A stretch of 49,261 nt of DNA from Coleofasciculus chthonoplastes F2-STO-03 (lineage in GTDB: Bacteria; Cyanobacteriota; Cyanobacteriia; Cyanobacteriales; Coleofasciculaceae), in the NCBI GenBank assembly GCA_040222015.1, contig JAVJWO010000020.1, positions 1-49,261 of the forward strand. Reading direction: 5' to 3'. Below, in pieces: positions 20,201 to 29,487 of this stretch (its first letter is position 1; each line of letters opens with the position of its first letter). The notes beneath the pieces are model-generated. The model saw only the letters and a list, made by a program, of their open reading frames with translations, had not been told where the DNA came from and searched no databases. The translations under genes and the position numbers were made by a program.

Positions 20201-21311
20201 TGGCTAAAAGTTGACGCACATAAGCTTCATCCGCTTCCATGTCATCAGGATGGGTGATATCTTGCCAGCTTTTGGCTAAGACTTCTTCACAGGTATAGCC
20301 AATGATATCCGCAAATTTTTGATTAACGACTATAAACGCACCATCCAAAGTTGCTTGAGCAATACCCACCGCTGCTTGATCAAAAATACCGCGAAATCGT
20401 TCCTCACTAACTGCCAAGCTATGCTCAATTTGGCGACGTTCGCGAATTTCTTGTACTAATTGGGCATTAATCTGTTGTAATTCAGTAGTCCGTTCTTTGA
20501 CCCGTTGTTCGAGTTGGTTATTCAGTTCGCGAATGTGGACTTCATCCTGTTTACGTTTGCTGATGTCGTGACAAGTATAAAGGATAGTTCCGCCATTAAT
20601 GGCAACTTGCTTGACGTTGATAAGTAAATTATGAAAGTTGCCGAATTTATCGATGATTTGCCGTTCAATGTTAGTGATTTCTTGCTCTGCTTTCAGTTGG
20701 TTTAAGTCAAGCCAATTGTCTCCTAAAATGTGGCAAATATTCCCGAATTGTTGGGTCTCTAGGCGCGAATAGCCAAAAATAACATGAACATTGGGACAAA
20801 CAAACGTAAAGTTCCCACGATCATCAGTTATGAATACAGTATCAGAAATGGTACTGAGAATAATTTCATGTAATGCCTCGGTCTGCACTTGGGATTCTGA
20901 AGTCCAGGTATGCAGTTGTTTCTGAGTTTGACTATGAGCAAGGGTTAAGCGCAAGGAATGCTCGATTAGGGGAGTGCTGAGTTGATCATAAACTAAATAG
21001 TCCGCTGCTCCTTTTTTCAATGCGGTTAAGCCGATTTGTGCAGAAGGAGTCAAGACGATGACTGGAGATGTAGTCCCTGATAATTCTTCGATTAACCCAT
21101 CATCACCCTCGACTCCAGGGAAACCCACATCGATGAAATAAGCATCATAATGTTGAGATTGAGCGCGAATTAGCGTCAACGCCGTTTCCGGAGTTGTTAC
21201 CCAATCCAAGTGAACATGAATTGTGTCGAGGCTGTTGAGTAACCGATTCATTCGGTTATAATGAGTTTCGTCCTCATCAACGAAAAGAACCTTGACGGTT
21301 TCGGATATCAT
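17235..21311 (-). CDS. Multi-PAS hybrid sensor histidine kinase (REC-PASx5-HisKA-HATPase-REC)
   Basis: Repeated PAS/PAC ends (DISKRK, DITQRK, DLTERK, DISDRK, DITERK), H-box MSHELRTPL, N/G boxes, and C-terminal WMDIRMP. Start placed at ATG 21311 with an AGAGG SD. Confidence 0.92.
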   Translation of the reverse strand: MISETVKVLFVDEDETHYNRMNRLLNSLDTIHVHLDWVTTPETALTLIRAQSQHYDAYFIDVGFPGVEGDDGLIEELSGTTSPVIVLTPSAQIGLTALKKGAADYLVYDQLSTPLIEHSLRLTLAHSQTQKQLHTWTSESQVQTEALHEIILSTISDTVFITDDRGNFTFVCPNVHVIFGYSRLETQQFGNICHILGDNWLDLNQLKAEQEITNIERQIIDKFGNFHNLLINVKQVAINGGTILYTCHDISKRKQDEVHIRELNNQLEQRVKERTTELQQINAQLVQEIRERRQIEHSLAVSEERFRGIFDQAAVGIAQATLDGAFIVVNQKFADIIGYTCEEVLAKSWQDITHPDDMEADEAYVRQLLAKDIDRYSIEKRYIHKDGSVILVQIHTTRLQEPSGAPQALIGVIEDITQRKQIECQLQDYRNHLEDLVEQRAVQLVRTNQHLEQEISERQRAESAIYFQARLLDLVNHGVIATDLSGMITYWNHFAEILYGWSATEVIGRAIIEVLAPKNHQEKAIEIMQILQRGEGWTGEFWVQHRDGTIFPVQATNSSIYDETGQFIGIVGVSFDLTERKQVEVALQQANAELGITVQEKNRSLTRAIQQLQEEIRQRKQAQDQLQLITDALPVCIAYLDADLRYQFANKTYQTWFGLSPEVICGKTVPEVIGEDAYQRVRGYLERVIGGEYVTYETEIPYHSGGTRYVFATLIPAFGDSVDSDSPRPIQGYYALITDISDRKRMELALRESQQKYQTLFDILPIGFSITDETGHIIEANPASETILGISIAEQTQRHYNSPEWRGIRPNGTPMPSHEFASVIALTESRVVKNSEAGIHKPNGEIVWLSITAAPISLPGYGVAIAYLDITERKTAEMVLQQAKDAADAANLAKSEFLANMSHELRTPLNAILGFTQLMSHDPSLSPQHQNYLSIINHSGEHLLALINDILSMSKIEAGRMAIEAKSFDLYQLMDTIKQMFRVKSANKYLEFITQRSPQVPRYVQTDENKLRQVLINLLDNAVKFTDKGRITLTLDMDELNTLQVSIQDTGQGIATDELDSLFEPFVQTKVGKDSQTGTGLGLAIVQRFIQMIGGEITVNSQLGEGTQVEFSIPITPAEATEVICQSHPNRVLRIAPEQPSYRILVIEDNPTSCQLLCELLETVGFDVQCAENGQQGIMIWDSWYPHLIWMDIRMPVMDGKEATRWIRDQERQKETWQNDCSATVIIAITASAFTEEIQSFLDSGCDDFVIKPIQEGIIFEKMAQHLGVRYLYNDATSVVSSDSGDFLPTLTPERLGLMPEMWRVQLNQAASSLDEELMRQLVEQIPDSHRNLATALLQLIDEFKFDQIVNLTMGNGK

Positions 21312-21432
21312 GACAACACCTCTGTGCATGGAGAGGATGTTCCAGACGTGCCATGGCACATCGGGAAACGGTGAAGATTTCAGACTGTCTGTATTTTAAG
21401 CTACCGAAAAATCCAGTCTGTTAAAAGCATAG

Positions 21433-21453
21433 TATATTGAATTTGTCAATATA
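21433..21453. promoter_or_regulatory. Perfect 8-5-8 inverted repeat, candidate operator
   Basis: TATATTGA-atttg-TCAATATA upstream of the kinase cluster. Confidence 0.4.
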
Positions 21454-21642
21454 TAGTTAAAAAGCTATGCAAAATAGCCAGTAAGACGCTCGTCCTAAAC
21501 TGTCATGCATTTAAATTGGGTATTAGTAGCGAGCAAGATGCTCGCACAAGGACATGTACCGCTTCTAAAAACCTAGACAAACCTACCCACAAGTAATTCT
21601 GTCTTGGTATAAGTCCACGGTGTAACTTTTGGTCGATAACCG

Positions 21643-23181
21643 TTAACGCAAAAGCTTGGCTGATACCCGGCGTTGTTGCTCGATATCAGCCTTAACCAAC
21701 GGTTCCCAGTTAGAGACACTATAGTAATCGTGTCTACGATTGACTACAGGGCATCGACCCATAAAATTATTAAATTGATATAGAGCACTCCATACGTGCT
21801 TTCTCGGATTCACTCCGAGATAGGCGGACACAGAGCGCGGCAATCTCTCACTCTTATTCATGCCTCTTCTGGCAATGGCTAGGGCAGCTGCCACATCAGA
21901 TGATAGTCCATACATCCGACTATATTTAACCAATCCAATCAAACTCGTGTAAGCTGGATTGCACAAAGAAAGAGTTATTCCTCGGTTGGATAAAATTGAT
22001 GACAAAACCTGATAAAAACGACTGTATGCCCAGGCAGAAAGCATTCGAGCATATTTTTTTCCACGCTCTCTTAATTGAGCTTTCTTGGTCGAAAAATCTA
22101 AGCTTTCGCACAGAATAGGGCTCTTCAACTCCCTGGCTAAAGCTGCCAATTTCAAACAAACATCTACAATTTGAGCATCTTGTTTGCCTGTGGGTAAACC
22201 GGTCTGAAAAGGAAGAGTTCCCTGAGCTTTTAAATTTCCTTGACCATCAACATAAGCCCAACCGATAGAACTAGGATTTAGATCGATACCCAGGGCACCG
22301 TACTGAATTTCTCGGCTAACTTTCTCCACCGCTGCGGGCGTGAATTGAACAGCAACAACCCAGCGATTATCCTTTCTATAGAAGTGCCATGTTTTCGCAC
22401 CACTATTGGGTAATCTATTAATCTTTCTTGAGAAGCTGCCAATTTTTGATGTGACATATTTCCCAAATTTTGCTTCCAGACAACCGGGGACTCTCAACTT
22501 GATAGTATCCCCAGACCATTGACAAGTTTGATTCCCATAACTTTCATCCTTGGAACCAACAATAAATACTGACCCTCTGGATACCTTCACTCTAATTTTC
22601 GCCGATTTCAGATGTTTAACTTGATTTTGAAGTCGGTGGATATATCGCTTTTTCTGATGCAGACCTTGACGCAGATGATACCAGTTAGTTTTTCGAGTTT
22701 CGATGTTTGACGACAAGGGAAAATTACAGCCGTTTTTGGAGGCTATCCAGTTGTTTTTTTCATAGAACTTCCGAGCTAACTTAATTTTCTTTGTGGCTTT
22801 GGCTACCCAATCTTTCGCTGACTTAACTCGTGATTCTAATTGCTTTATCTGTCTTTTTCTACATTCTTTAGCTGAAGCAATTTTCCCTCTAGCTAATGAA
22901 ATTACTCCGTTAGCATAACGCTTGCTGATTCCGTATTTCTCTTGAATATAACTATTCCAACTGGCTTGATTAAATTTTACCCTGAGCGACTTGTATCGAG
23001 CGGAGTCGAGATAAGCCGAAGGGTTAATTTCTTTATTTAATAAATGGTCAACTGTTTCAACTGTTGCTTGATAAAATATATCGGACAATGAAGTTAAAAA
23101 CATCTCCAAGTCGGTGAAACCGATGGGGTTAAGTTCATCAGCGGGAGTTGGTAAGCCCTTGCAATAAGTTATCGTCGTCAT
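21643..23181 (-). CDS. tnpB: Large TnpB-like RuvC nuclease (IS607-associated, lacking the zinc finger)
   Basis: RuvC-I LGIDLN, RuvC-II LCESLDF, NPAYTS, and RuvC-III SSDVAAALAIARRG. Confidence 0.8.
   Translation of the reverse strand: MTTITYCKGLPTPADELNPIGFTDLEMFLTSLSDIFYQATVETVDHLLNKEINPSAYLDSARYKSLRVKFNQASWNSYIQEKYGISKRYANGVISLARGKIASAKECRKRQIKQLESRVKSAKDWVAKATKKIKLARKFYEKNNWIASKNGCNFPLSSNIETRKTNWYHLRQGLHQKKRYIHRLQNQVKHLKSAKIRVKVSRGSVFIVGSKDESYGNQTCQWSGDTIKLRVPGCLEAKFGKYVTSKIGSFSRKINRLPNSGAKTWHFYRKDNRWVVAVQFTPAAVEKVSREIQYGALGIDLNPSSIGWAYVDGQGNLKAQGTLPFQTGLPTGKQDAQIVDVCLKLAALARELKSPILCESLDFSTKKAQLRERGKKYARMLSAWAYSRFYQVLSSILSNRGITLSLCNPAYTSLIGLVKYSRMYGLSSDVAAALAIARRGMNKSERLPRSVSAYLGVNPRKHVWSALYQFNNFMGRCPVVNRRHDYYSVSNWEPLVKADIEQQRRVSAKLLR
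22979..23023 (+). repeat. Nested very small dispersed repeats (21-nt element interrupted by a 24-nt element), in frame
   Basis: ACCCTGAGCG[ACTTGTATCGAGCGGAGTCGAGAT]AAGCCGAAGGG, a GC-rich 45 nt in an AT-rich context. Confidence 0.7.
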
Positions 23182-23183
23182 AG

Positions 23184-23349
23184 CTATTCGTTACCCGATT
23201 TCTTACCAATTAAGTCAACAATATCGATAAGACGATGACCACCAGCGATACTATAAGATTGTATTTTACCATTGAGTTCCCATCGGTGCAAAGTGCAAGA
23301 CCATAGCACCTAGTCGAGTGGCTGCTTCTTGGGGGGTTAAACTAGACAT
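23184..23349 (-). pseudogene. tnpA: Truncated, frameshifted IS607 transposase N-terminal MerR-like HTH
   Basis: Manual translation gives MSSLTPQEAATRLGAMVL / (+1 shift) TLHRWELNGKIQSYSIAGGHRLIDIVDLIGKKSGNE*. The catalytic YARVS domain is absent. Confidence 0.75.
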
Positions 23350-23472
23350 TGCCTGACTATATCATAGAAAATGTCTAGTTATGTCACTAATTGTCTAGAT
23401 ATTTACGGACTGTTAGTTAACCCTTGCTTCCCCTGCTCTCTAACCCCACCACAACACTCCCTACAGCAACCC

Positions 23473-24117
23473 CTAATTTCCCCTGTCCCTCACCCATCGC
23501 CGAAACGCCCTTAAAGCCTGACTTGTTCCCGATAGTCGCGCCATCTCTAAAAAGCGAGAAAATTCCTCAATCACGGGAAAATCAGGAAACGTCAAACTCG
23601 TCGCCGACTCGATATACGTTCCCGACTGCAACACATAAATTTGCAAGCGGTGATTCTGATAGCGCCAAATTTCCGGTACCCCTAACACCTGATAAGCACT
23701 CAACTGAGTCTTAGACGTTACATCTATTTCTATTGCCAAATCAGGTGGCGGATCGACGGTTAAATCCAGACGTTCTCGCCCAATCATCCGAGCGGCATTT
23801 TGGATATAAAAACAATCATCGGGTTCAATTCCCGCCATCATATCTTGTCGTTTAAACGTCGTTGATCCGAAGGGTTCCCAATCAATTTCTAATTCATCTA
23901 GTAATATCTTTAACAAATCTCCAATAATAACCTTGGCTTTTTCATGTTCCGGCAAAGGTATCCTAATCTCCAACGTTTGATCGAGATAAGCCACTCGACT
24001 AGCACGATGCTCTCCCAATTCCGCTAAAATCGCTTCAAATTCCGACCACCCCACCTCATACAACAGCACCCGATGTCCGGGGGGTACACTAATTTGTCTC
24101 AATTGCAGCATTACCAT
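23473..24117 (-). CDS. Uma2 family (DUF820) putative endonuclease
   Basis: Motifs PLPEHE, GSTTF, EPDDCFY, PPDLAIEID and LGVPEIW. Confidence 0.88.
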   Translation of the reverse strand: MVMLQLRQISVPPGHRVLLYEVGWSEFEAILAELGEHRASRVAYLDQTLEIRIPLPEHEKAKVIIGDLLKILLDELEIDWEPFGSTTFKRQDMMAGIEPDDCFYIQNAARMIGRERLDLTVDPPPDLAIEIDVTSKTQLSAYQVLGVPEIWRYQNHRLQIYVLQSGTYIESATSLTFPDFPVIEEFSRFLEMARLSGTSQALRAFRRWVRDRGN

Positions 24118-24186
24118 GGGTGTTTCACTTGCCTTACGAACGACTCCGCCCATAGTAATCGCCTGGACAAAGTTACTGATAAAACT

Positions 24187-25683
24187 TCACTGTAACCGAC
24201 AGAACTTGCGATCGCGGTCAAATTGGGGATCTTGCCAGGAAAAGGCAAAATGACTAATGCCACTAACATTGGGAATTCGCTGGCGGATTGCCTGCATTTG
24301 CTTTTCTAGAGAGGGGCGATTGCTAACCGATTTTCCCCAGGTTCCAGCTAGTGCTGGTGTGATTTGGGTATTCAGGGGTGCCTTATCTACCACTCGTCGA
24401 ACTAAACTCTCAATACAACCCGTATGACCGCAAACGCCGTAAGACATGGGATGCCATTCTAAAGATGGGGAAAAATGATCCCAAGGTTGCAGTCGGGAAT
24501 CATACCCCCCTCGCCCCACGACTTGATTACCATCGGGGAAAAATACGGCTCCGGCTTTGATTCCCGCCTGTTGCACCGGTAATGTTGCCATGGACAGAAA
24601 ATCTAACACCCCTTGAGCCGCATGAGCGACGCTAAGCTGCCACAATTGCCAGTTTATCGAGGCTGCACTATCCGAACTTTCAGGCGATCGCCCTTGCCAC
24701 ATTGGGGTAGATTCATTAGCATAGAGCGTTTTGACGGATTCCACATCGCCCGCGCTAATCGAACCATCCCGTACATAACGCTGAATCAGTTCTCGCCCTT
24801 GATTATTAAGAGCGCGATTATATAAGGCTTGTCGAGACGCATCACTATAGATCCATAAATCTTTTACCTTAGTGACAACTGAATCTGAGCCACTGCCACG
24901 CGGATAACGAATATAGTCAAATAAAACACCATCAGGACGACGTTTTGTCACCGCTTGAACCAATTGGTAGTAATCGGTTTTCGCTTGATTATTATAGGGA
25001 TCAATAAAGACTTGGGACTGGTCATGAACAAAGGATAAACTGGTTTGACCGCGACCATTGCGAGCCAGAACCCCTTGCCGATCACTGCGTTGAGCATACC
25101 TGTAGCCGAAGTTCATCGAGAACATCCAGGCATAAACCCGCAATCCCCGTTCATGTCCTTTTTGAATCGTCTGGGCTAATAAATCAACCCGTTCATATCC
25201 CGGCGTTCGCACAACGGGGGGCCAGGGGGTGGGGTTATCTGAAGCGGGGAGTAAGACTTGACCATCAGAAAAGACTTCAACATAGACCTTGTTGTAGCCT
25301 CGATTGACAATTCGATCCAGAATCTCATCAATCGCACCTGCGCGAACATCACAGGCATATAAGCGTAGCCAGATCGCTTGGTCTTGGGGGAAGGTGCGAT
25401 CGCGACATTGGCGCAAAACATCAGCGTGTTGCTTGACGATGGCTTTATAGCGGTTATTGAAATCTGGATTTCCTTTAATCGCACCCTGGCGCAGGCTGTC
25501 TTTTTGCGCGATCGCATCATCTGTAAAGTGGCAATAGGCAGCCGTTTGTGCATGAGCCGTTTTCACCCCATAGCCCTGAGTGATGATGCTACTCGTCAGC
25601 AAAGCAGCTACCAGTGCGCGATAATAATAGCGCCAATGCCATCCTCTAGGGACAAGACCGTTGGACATTCCTACAAAAACCAA
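24187..25683 (-). CDS. Glycoside hydrolase-like 10 (DUF187) family protein
   Basis: Motifs GYNKVYVEVF, GLRVYAW and DGVLFDYIRYP. Confidence 0.75.
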   Translation of the reverse strand: MVFVGMSNGLVPRGWHWRYYYRALVAALLTSSIITQGYGVKTAHAQTAAYCHFTDDAIAQKDSLRQGAIKGNPDFNNRYKAIVKQHADVLRQCRDRTFPQDQAIWLRLYACDVRAGAIDEILDRIVNRGYNKVYVEVFSDGQVLLPASDNPTPWPPVVRTPGYERVDLLAQTIQKGHERGLRVYAWMFSMNFGYRYAQRSDRQGVLARNGRGQTSLSFVHDQSQVFIDPYNNQAKTDYYQLVQAVTKRRPDGVLFDYIRYPRGSGSDSVVTKVKDLWIYSDASRQALYNRALNNQGRELIQRYVRDGSISAGDVESVKTLYANESTPMWQGRSPESSDSAASINWQLWQLSVAHAAQGVLDFLSMATLPVQQAGIKAGAVFFPDGNQVVGRGGYDSRLQPWDHFSPSLEWHPMSYGVCGHTGCIESLVRRVVDKAPLNTQITPALAGTWGKSVSNRPSLEKQMQAIRQRIPNVSGISHFAFSWQDPQFDRDRKFCRLQ

Positions 25684-25969
25684 AAAAGAAGGACAAGTCG
25701 GTGTCTTTAGTATTAACAGACGATCGAACTAATCGACAAATTATGCCAAAGTCAGCACGTTCTTTTTTTGTTCTGAGCGTTCTGTCCTATTTCCGGACAG
25801 TTGCACCCAACTTATCCTGCTTCCAGACGTAGCATGCTACGTCTCTACAACCCCAGCTCCCCCATCTCCCCCATCTCCCCTACAAGGGCGGGTTTCGTCA
25901 AGTTATCGGTGGGTAGCAAAATGTTATCGGTAAAACCCGCCCCTACACGCCCTGCTCTCCCCCATCAAT

Positions 25970-26380
25970 TTAAGCACCGCGTCTTATCGCTCGTTCCACC
26001 TGCCGGAATTCTTGCTCTAAACGATCTTTGAGCTTCTGGGGTAAAGGACGATTCGGATAGGAGCTGTAGTACCCAGCCAGAGAATTGAGAGCTGTTCTCA
26101 TGGTGGAGAACGAACTCAGGTTAGCGACAGAGCCATCTCGACGATAGCGAGAAATATACTCATTAATGCTTTGACGCGCTTGTGACTGAGCCTCTGCCTT
26201 TTCAGGCGCATCGTCTGGTAGTTCAATAGCTGCTCTTAAGGAGTCCAAGGCGGTCAGGGTGTCTTGACGATAATTGCCAACCAAACCAGTACTGCTAGAC
26301 GACGAACACCCCGTTAGTGCGATCGCAGCGACGAGGACAAGAGCAACAAGACGGGATAAGTAGCGCTTCATAAGCATCAT
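25970..26380 (-). CDS. psb27: Photosystem II assembly lipoprotein Psb27
   Basis: Lipobox LTGC, YISRYRR and SFSTMRTALNSLAGYY. Confidence 0.93.
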   Translation of the reverse strand: MMLMKRYLSRLVALVLVAAIALTGCSSSSSTGLVGNYRQDTLTALDSLRAAIELPDDAPEKAEAQSQARQSINEYISRYRRDGSVANLSSFSTMRTALNSLAGYYSSYPNRPLPQKLKDRLEQEFRQVERAIRRGA

Positions 26381-26534
26381 TCACCATAGATAAAAGTTTC
26401 AAAGTAAAATCGATCCTAACCCGGATTGGTGATCCATAGTTTTGAGTTTTGAGGATTTGGGTAGGGGTTTGGTAACCAAACCCCCAGAAATGTTACCTTG
26501 TTGCAATGGTCGCTGTACTCCAGAGGTGTTAAAC

Positions 26535-26723
26535 ATGGACTCAAAAACGAATGACGTTAAACAAATAGCATCCCAATTACTCGCAGGGATGCTGGCTAAT
26601 CCTCATATTTACGCCACAATCAGTGATGAGGGACACCAAGGACAGCTCGAACAAAAACTGATCCTGATGGCGGTGGAGATGGCGGAGGACTTGATTGACA
26701 AGGTTGAAAGTCGTCATCCTTGA
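26535..26723 (+). CDS. Small hypothetical protein (62 aa)
   Basis: GAGG SD upstream of ATG 26535; helical sequence IASQLLAGMLANPHIY. Confidence 0.6.
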   Translation: MDSKTNDVKQIASQLLAGMLANPHIYATISDEGHQGQLEQKLILMAVEMAEDLIDKVESRHP

Positions 26724-26749
26724 ACTAACCAGTTATCTGAAGCAGCACC

Positions 26750-27463
26750 ATGGGTTATACCACTTCCTTCGAGGGAATCTTTAGCCTTGACCAACGATTA
26801 TGGGATAGCCAAGTTCTCTATTTACTCGCTTTCGCCAATACGCGACGGGTTAAGCGGGATGTCACCGTATTGCAAAATGCTCCTGACCCCGCACGAGTTG
26901 CTGTAGGATTACCCTTAGGAACAGATGGCGGCTATTTTGTCAATCAACAATGGGATGAAGACCACGATGAGATTTCAGTGGTTGACTATAATAAATCCCC
27001 CTCTGATCAACCCGGCTTGTGGTGTCAGTGGATTCCTACCTCTGATGGGAGTGGGATTCAGTGGGATGGGGGTGAAAAGTTTTATCACTACATCGCTTGG
27101 TTACAATACCTGATCCTTCATTTCCTCCAACCTTGGGGGTATCAGTTGCAGGGTGAAGTTAAATGGCAAGGCGAAGATCCCACGGATCAGGGAGTGATTC
27201 GGGTTGAAAATAATCAGCTTGTTTTACCAGCCGGGATTGATTTTCTCAAGGAAGCAACCGCTCCCATTCCTGTCCCCCATCCGGTGATGCAAGGATTAGA
27301 AGCCATTCAAGCTGTCAATCAAACAGCTTTGTATAGTTGGCTGGCGGCTGAACAAACCGCCATTGAATTAGGGTATCCTGAAACTGCCGACTGGATTCAA
27401 TCCCATCTGGAACTGTATATCCGTGGGATGAAGCAAGGGTTTGTTGGGGACGATAAAACTTAG
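26750..27463 (+). CDS. Hypothetical protein, apparently two domains
   Basis: 237-aa ORF with a Trp/Gly-rich conserved-looking core ([20 protein letters not shown]). Confidence 0.7.
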   Translation: MGYTTSFEGIFSLDQRLWDSQVLYLLAFANTRRVKRDVTVLQNAPDPARVAVGLPLGTDGGYFVNQQWDEDHDEISVVDYNKSPSDQPGLWCQWIPTSDGSGIQWDGGEKFYHYIAWLQYLILHFLQPWGYQLQGEVKWQGEDPTDQGVIRVENNQLVLPAGIDFLKEATAPIPVPHPVMQGLEAIQAVNQTALYSWLAAEQTAIELGYPETADWIQSHLELYIRGMKQGFVGDDKT

Positions 27464-28284
27464 CCGAAACGTCCGCTTACATAGTCTTTCGTGGCTTCCT
27501 CCTTGGGATTTTGGAAGATATTTTCGGTTTCGTCGTACTCGACTAAATACCCCTGTTTCCCCCCCTTTTCTGTCGCTTTAGCATTGAAGAAGGCGGTCAT
27601 ATCAGCCACCCGTGTGGCTTGCTGCATATTGTGCGTCACAATTACAATACTGTACTTTTGTTTCAACTCATGCATTAAGTCTTCAACCTTGAGGGTGGAA
27701 ATCGGGTCAAGAGACGCACAAGGTTCGTCCATTAATACCACATCCGGATTAATCGCGATCGCACGGGCAATACATAACCGCTGCTGTTGTCCCCCAGACA
27801 GTGACATCCCGTTGGTTTTCAGCTTATCTTTGACCTCATCCCATAAGGCGGCAGCGCGGAGTGAATTTTCTACTAATTCATCTAAATTACCTTTGTAATT
27901 ATTGACCCTGGCACCATAAGCAATATTGTCATAAATTGATTTTGGGAACGGGTTGGGCTTTTGGAACACCATGCCAATCCGTCGCCGTACTTCTACCGGA
28001 TCAACAGTTTTATCATAAAGGTTTTGCTGGCGATAGCAAACCTTACCCTTAATGTGGAATCCATCAATTAAATCGTTGAGACGGTTAAAGCAGCGAAGCA
28101 ATGTACTTTTACCACAGCCCGAAGGACCAATAAAAGCCGTGATCCGGTTTTTGGGGATGTCTAGGTTAACGCCTTTAACTGCTAAAAAAGAACCATAGTA
28201 AATATCTAGATTTTCTGTCTGTAAAACTGTTTCTGTTGATTCTCCATTAGGTTGATTTTGACTGGCAAATTCTGTCGATTTCAT
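27460..28284 (-). CDS. pstB: Phosphate ABC transporter ATP-binding protein
   Basis: Motifs [27 protein letters not shown] and YVSGRFG. Start chosen by the AGAGG SD. Confidence 0.95.
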   Translation of the reverse strand: MKSTEFASQNQPNGESTETVLQTENLDIYYGSFLAVKGVNLDIPKNRITAFIGPSGCGKSTLLRCFNRLNDLIDGFHIKGKVCYRQQNLYDKTVDPVEVRRRIGMVFQKPNPFPKSIYDNIAYGARVNNYKGNLDELVENSLRAAALWDEVKDKLKTNGMSLSGGQQQRLCIARAIAINPDVVLMDEPCASLDPISTLKVEDLMHELKQKYSIVIVTHNMQQATRVADMTAFFNAKATEKGGKQGYLVEYDETENIFQNPKEEATKDYVSGRFG

Positions 28285-28444
28285 CAGACTAACCTCTAAG
28301 CTGTCAGGTAAGATAGGCATAGACAAATTTTTCATGACTCCCTTGTTTTAGGGACACCCCTTGGACTAATTCATTAATCAATTTCTTGGGCTTGATAGCC
28401 ATTAGATTGCGGATCACTAATTAAGTTTACTTTGTAAACCCCAA

Positions 28445-29422
28445 TTAACCCCCTCGCACAATACGTCTTAACGCGAATTGAGAAATTTTTCTGATCACAT
28501 CAAATATGGGAGAGTTAATACTCATACTGGTTACCAAGCGGGAAATTATACTGGTTAATAAAACTAAAGCTACTAAGAGTAAAGAAGCTGCCCAGGCTAA
28601 TTCCTGCTGATCCGCAAAAGGCGAGGTGGCAAAATTGTAAACTAACACGGCTAGGGAGGGAGTCGGTTGACATATCCCTGAGGGCCAAAAGAAGGTGAAC
28701 AGAGCTGTAAAAATAAGTGGTGCTGTTTCACCAGCAGCGCGAGCTACTGCCAAGGTGGTTCCCGTCAGGATCGCGGGTAACGCCGCAGGCAGAACCACTC
28801 TCAATACCGTTTGATATTCCGACGCTCCCACACCCACAGACGCCCAGCGTACATCCTGAGGCACGATTTGCAGGGCTTCATCCGTGGTTCTGATAATAAT
28901 CGGTAGCATCAGTACCGCCAGAGCGACACCTCCCGCCAATGCGGAAAAGCTACCTGAACAGGGGATGAATCCCGGTCCTAGCACAATAATCCCATAAGCA
29001 AATATCCCAGCAATAATTGAAGGGACACCACTTAAGACGTTGGTGGCAAAGCGAATCCAGCGAGCAACTGGACCCGAACTAAATTCAGACAGATAAACGG
29101 CGGCTAAAACCCCAATGGGAACACTAATCAGCCCTCCAATCGCAATCATAATCAACGTACCAACAATTGCATTACCAACACCGCCACCGGATAAACCCGC
29201 CGCCGGAGGTAACTGAGTAAATAAGTCTAAGTTGAAACGGTTAAATCCTTTGATGATCACATAGATAATCACCGCAAACAAAGGGATCAAGGCAATAACC
29301 AGACAAGCTCCGGCTAAGATGGTCATTATGATCCCGAACAGCGATCGCCCACTCGTGTATGAACGGGTAAAACTGTGAGTGGGAAAGTCTTCATCTTGTT
29401 GATCGGGGAGATTTTCTGACAT
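28445..29422 (-). CDS. pstA: Phosphate ABC transporter permease PstA
   Basis: Motifs GVPSII and ARAAGETAPL. Confidence 0.93.
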   Translation of the reverse strand: MSENLPDQQDEDFPTHSFTRSYTSGRSLFGIIMTILAGACLVIALIPLFAVIIYVIIKGFNRFNLDLFTQLPPAAGLSGGGVGNAIVGTLIMIAIGGLISVPIGVLAAVYLSEFSSGPVARWIRFATNVLSGVPSIIAGIFAYGIIVLGPGFIPCSGSFSALAGGVALAVLMLPIIIRTTDEALQIVPQDVRWASVGVGASEYQTVLRVVLPAALPAILTGTTLAVARAAGETAPLIFTALFTFFWPSGICQPTPSLAVLVYNFATSPFADQQELAWAASLLLVALVLLTSIISRLVTSMSINSPIFDVIRKISQFALRRIVRGG

Positions 29423-29487
29423 AAACTTCTTACGTTTTGATTGTTGACCTAACGCGCTAGTCGGGCAGGGTTTTGAGGTTTGAATGA

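Larger units (their letters stand above)
21559..23423 (-). mobile_element. Non-autonomous IS607-family element
   Basis: A MerR-HTH TnpA remnant plus a TnpB-like gene. CTAGACA-type short repeats occur near both ends (21573, 23342, 23372, 23392), both boundaries carry GG dinucleotides on the minus strand, and no TIR/TSD is seen. Confidence 0.75.

Noticed and set aside
21420..23470. Possible type V CRISPR-Cas locus around the RuvC gene
   Set aside because: No repeat-spacer array and no cas1/cas2/cas4 are present. An IS607 tnpA remnant and IS-type ends explain the gene.
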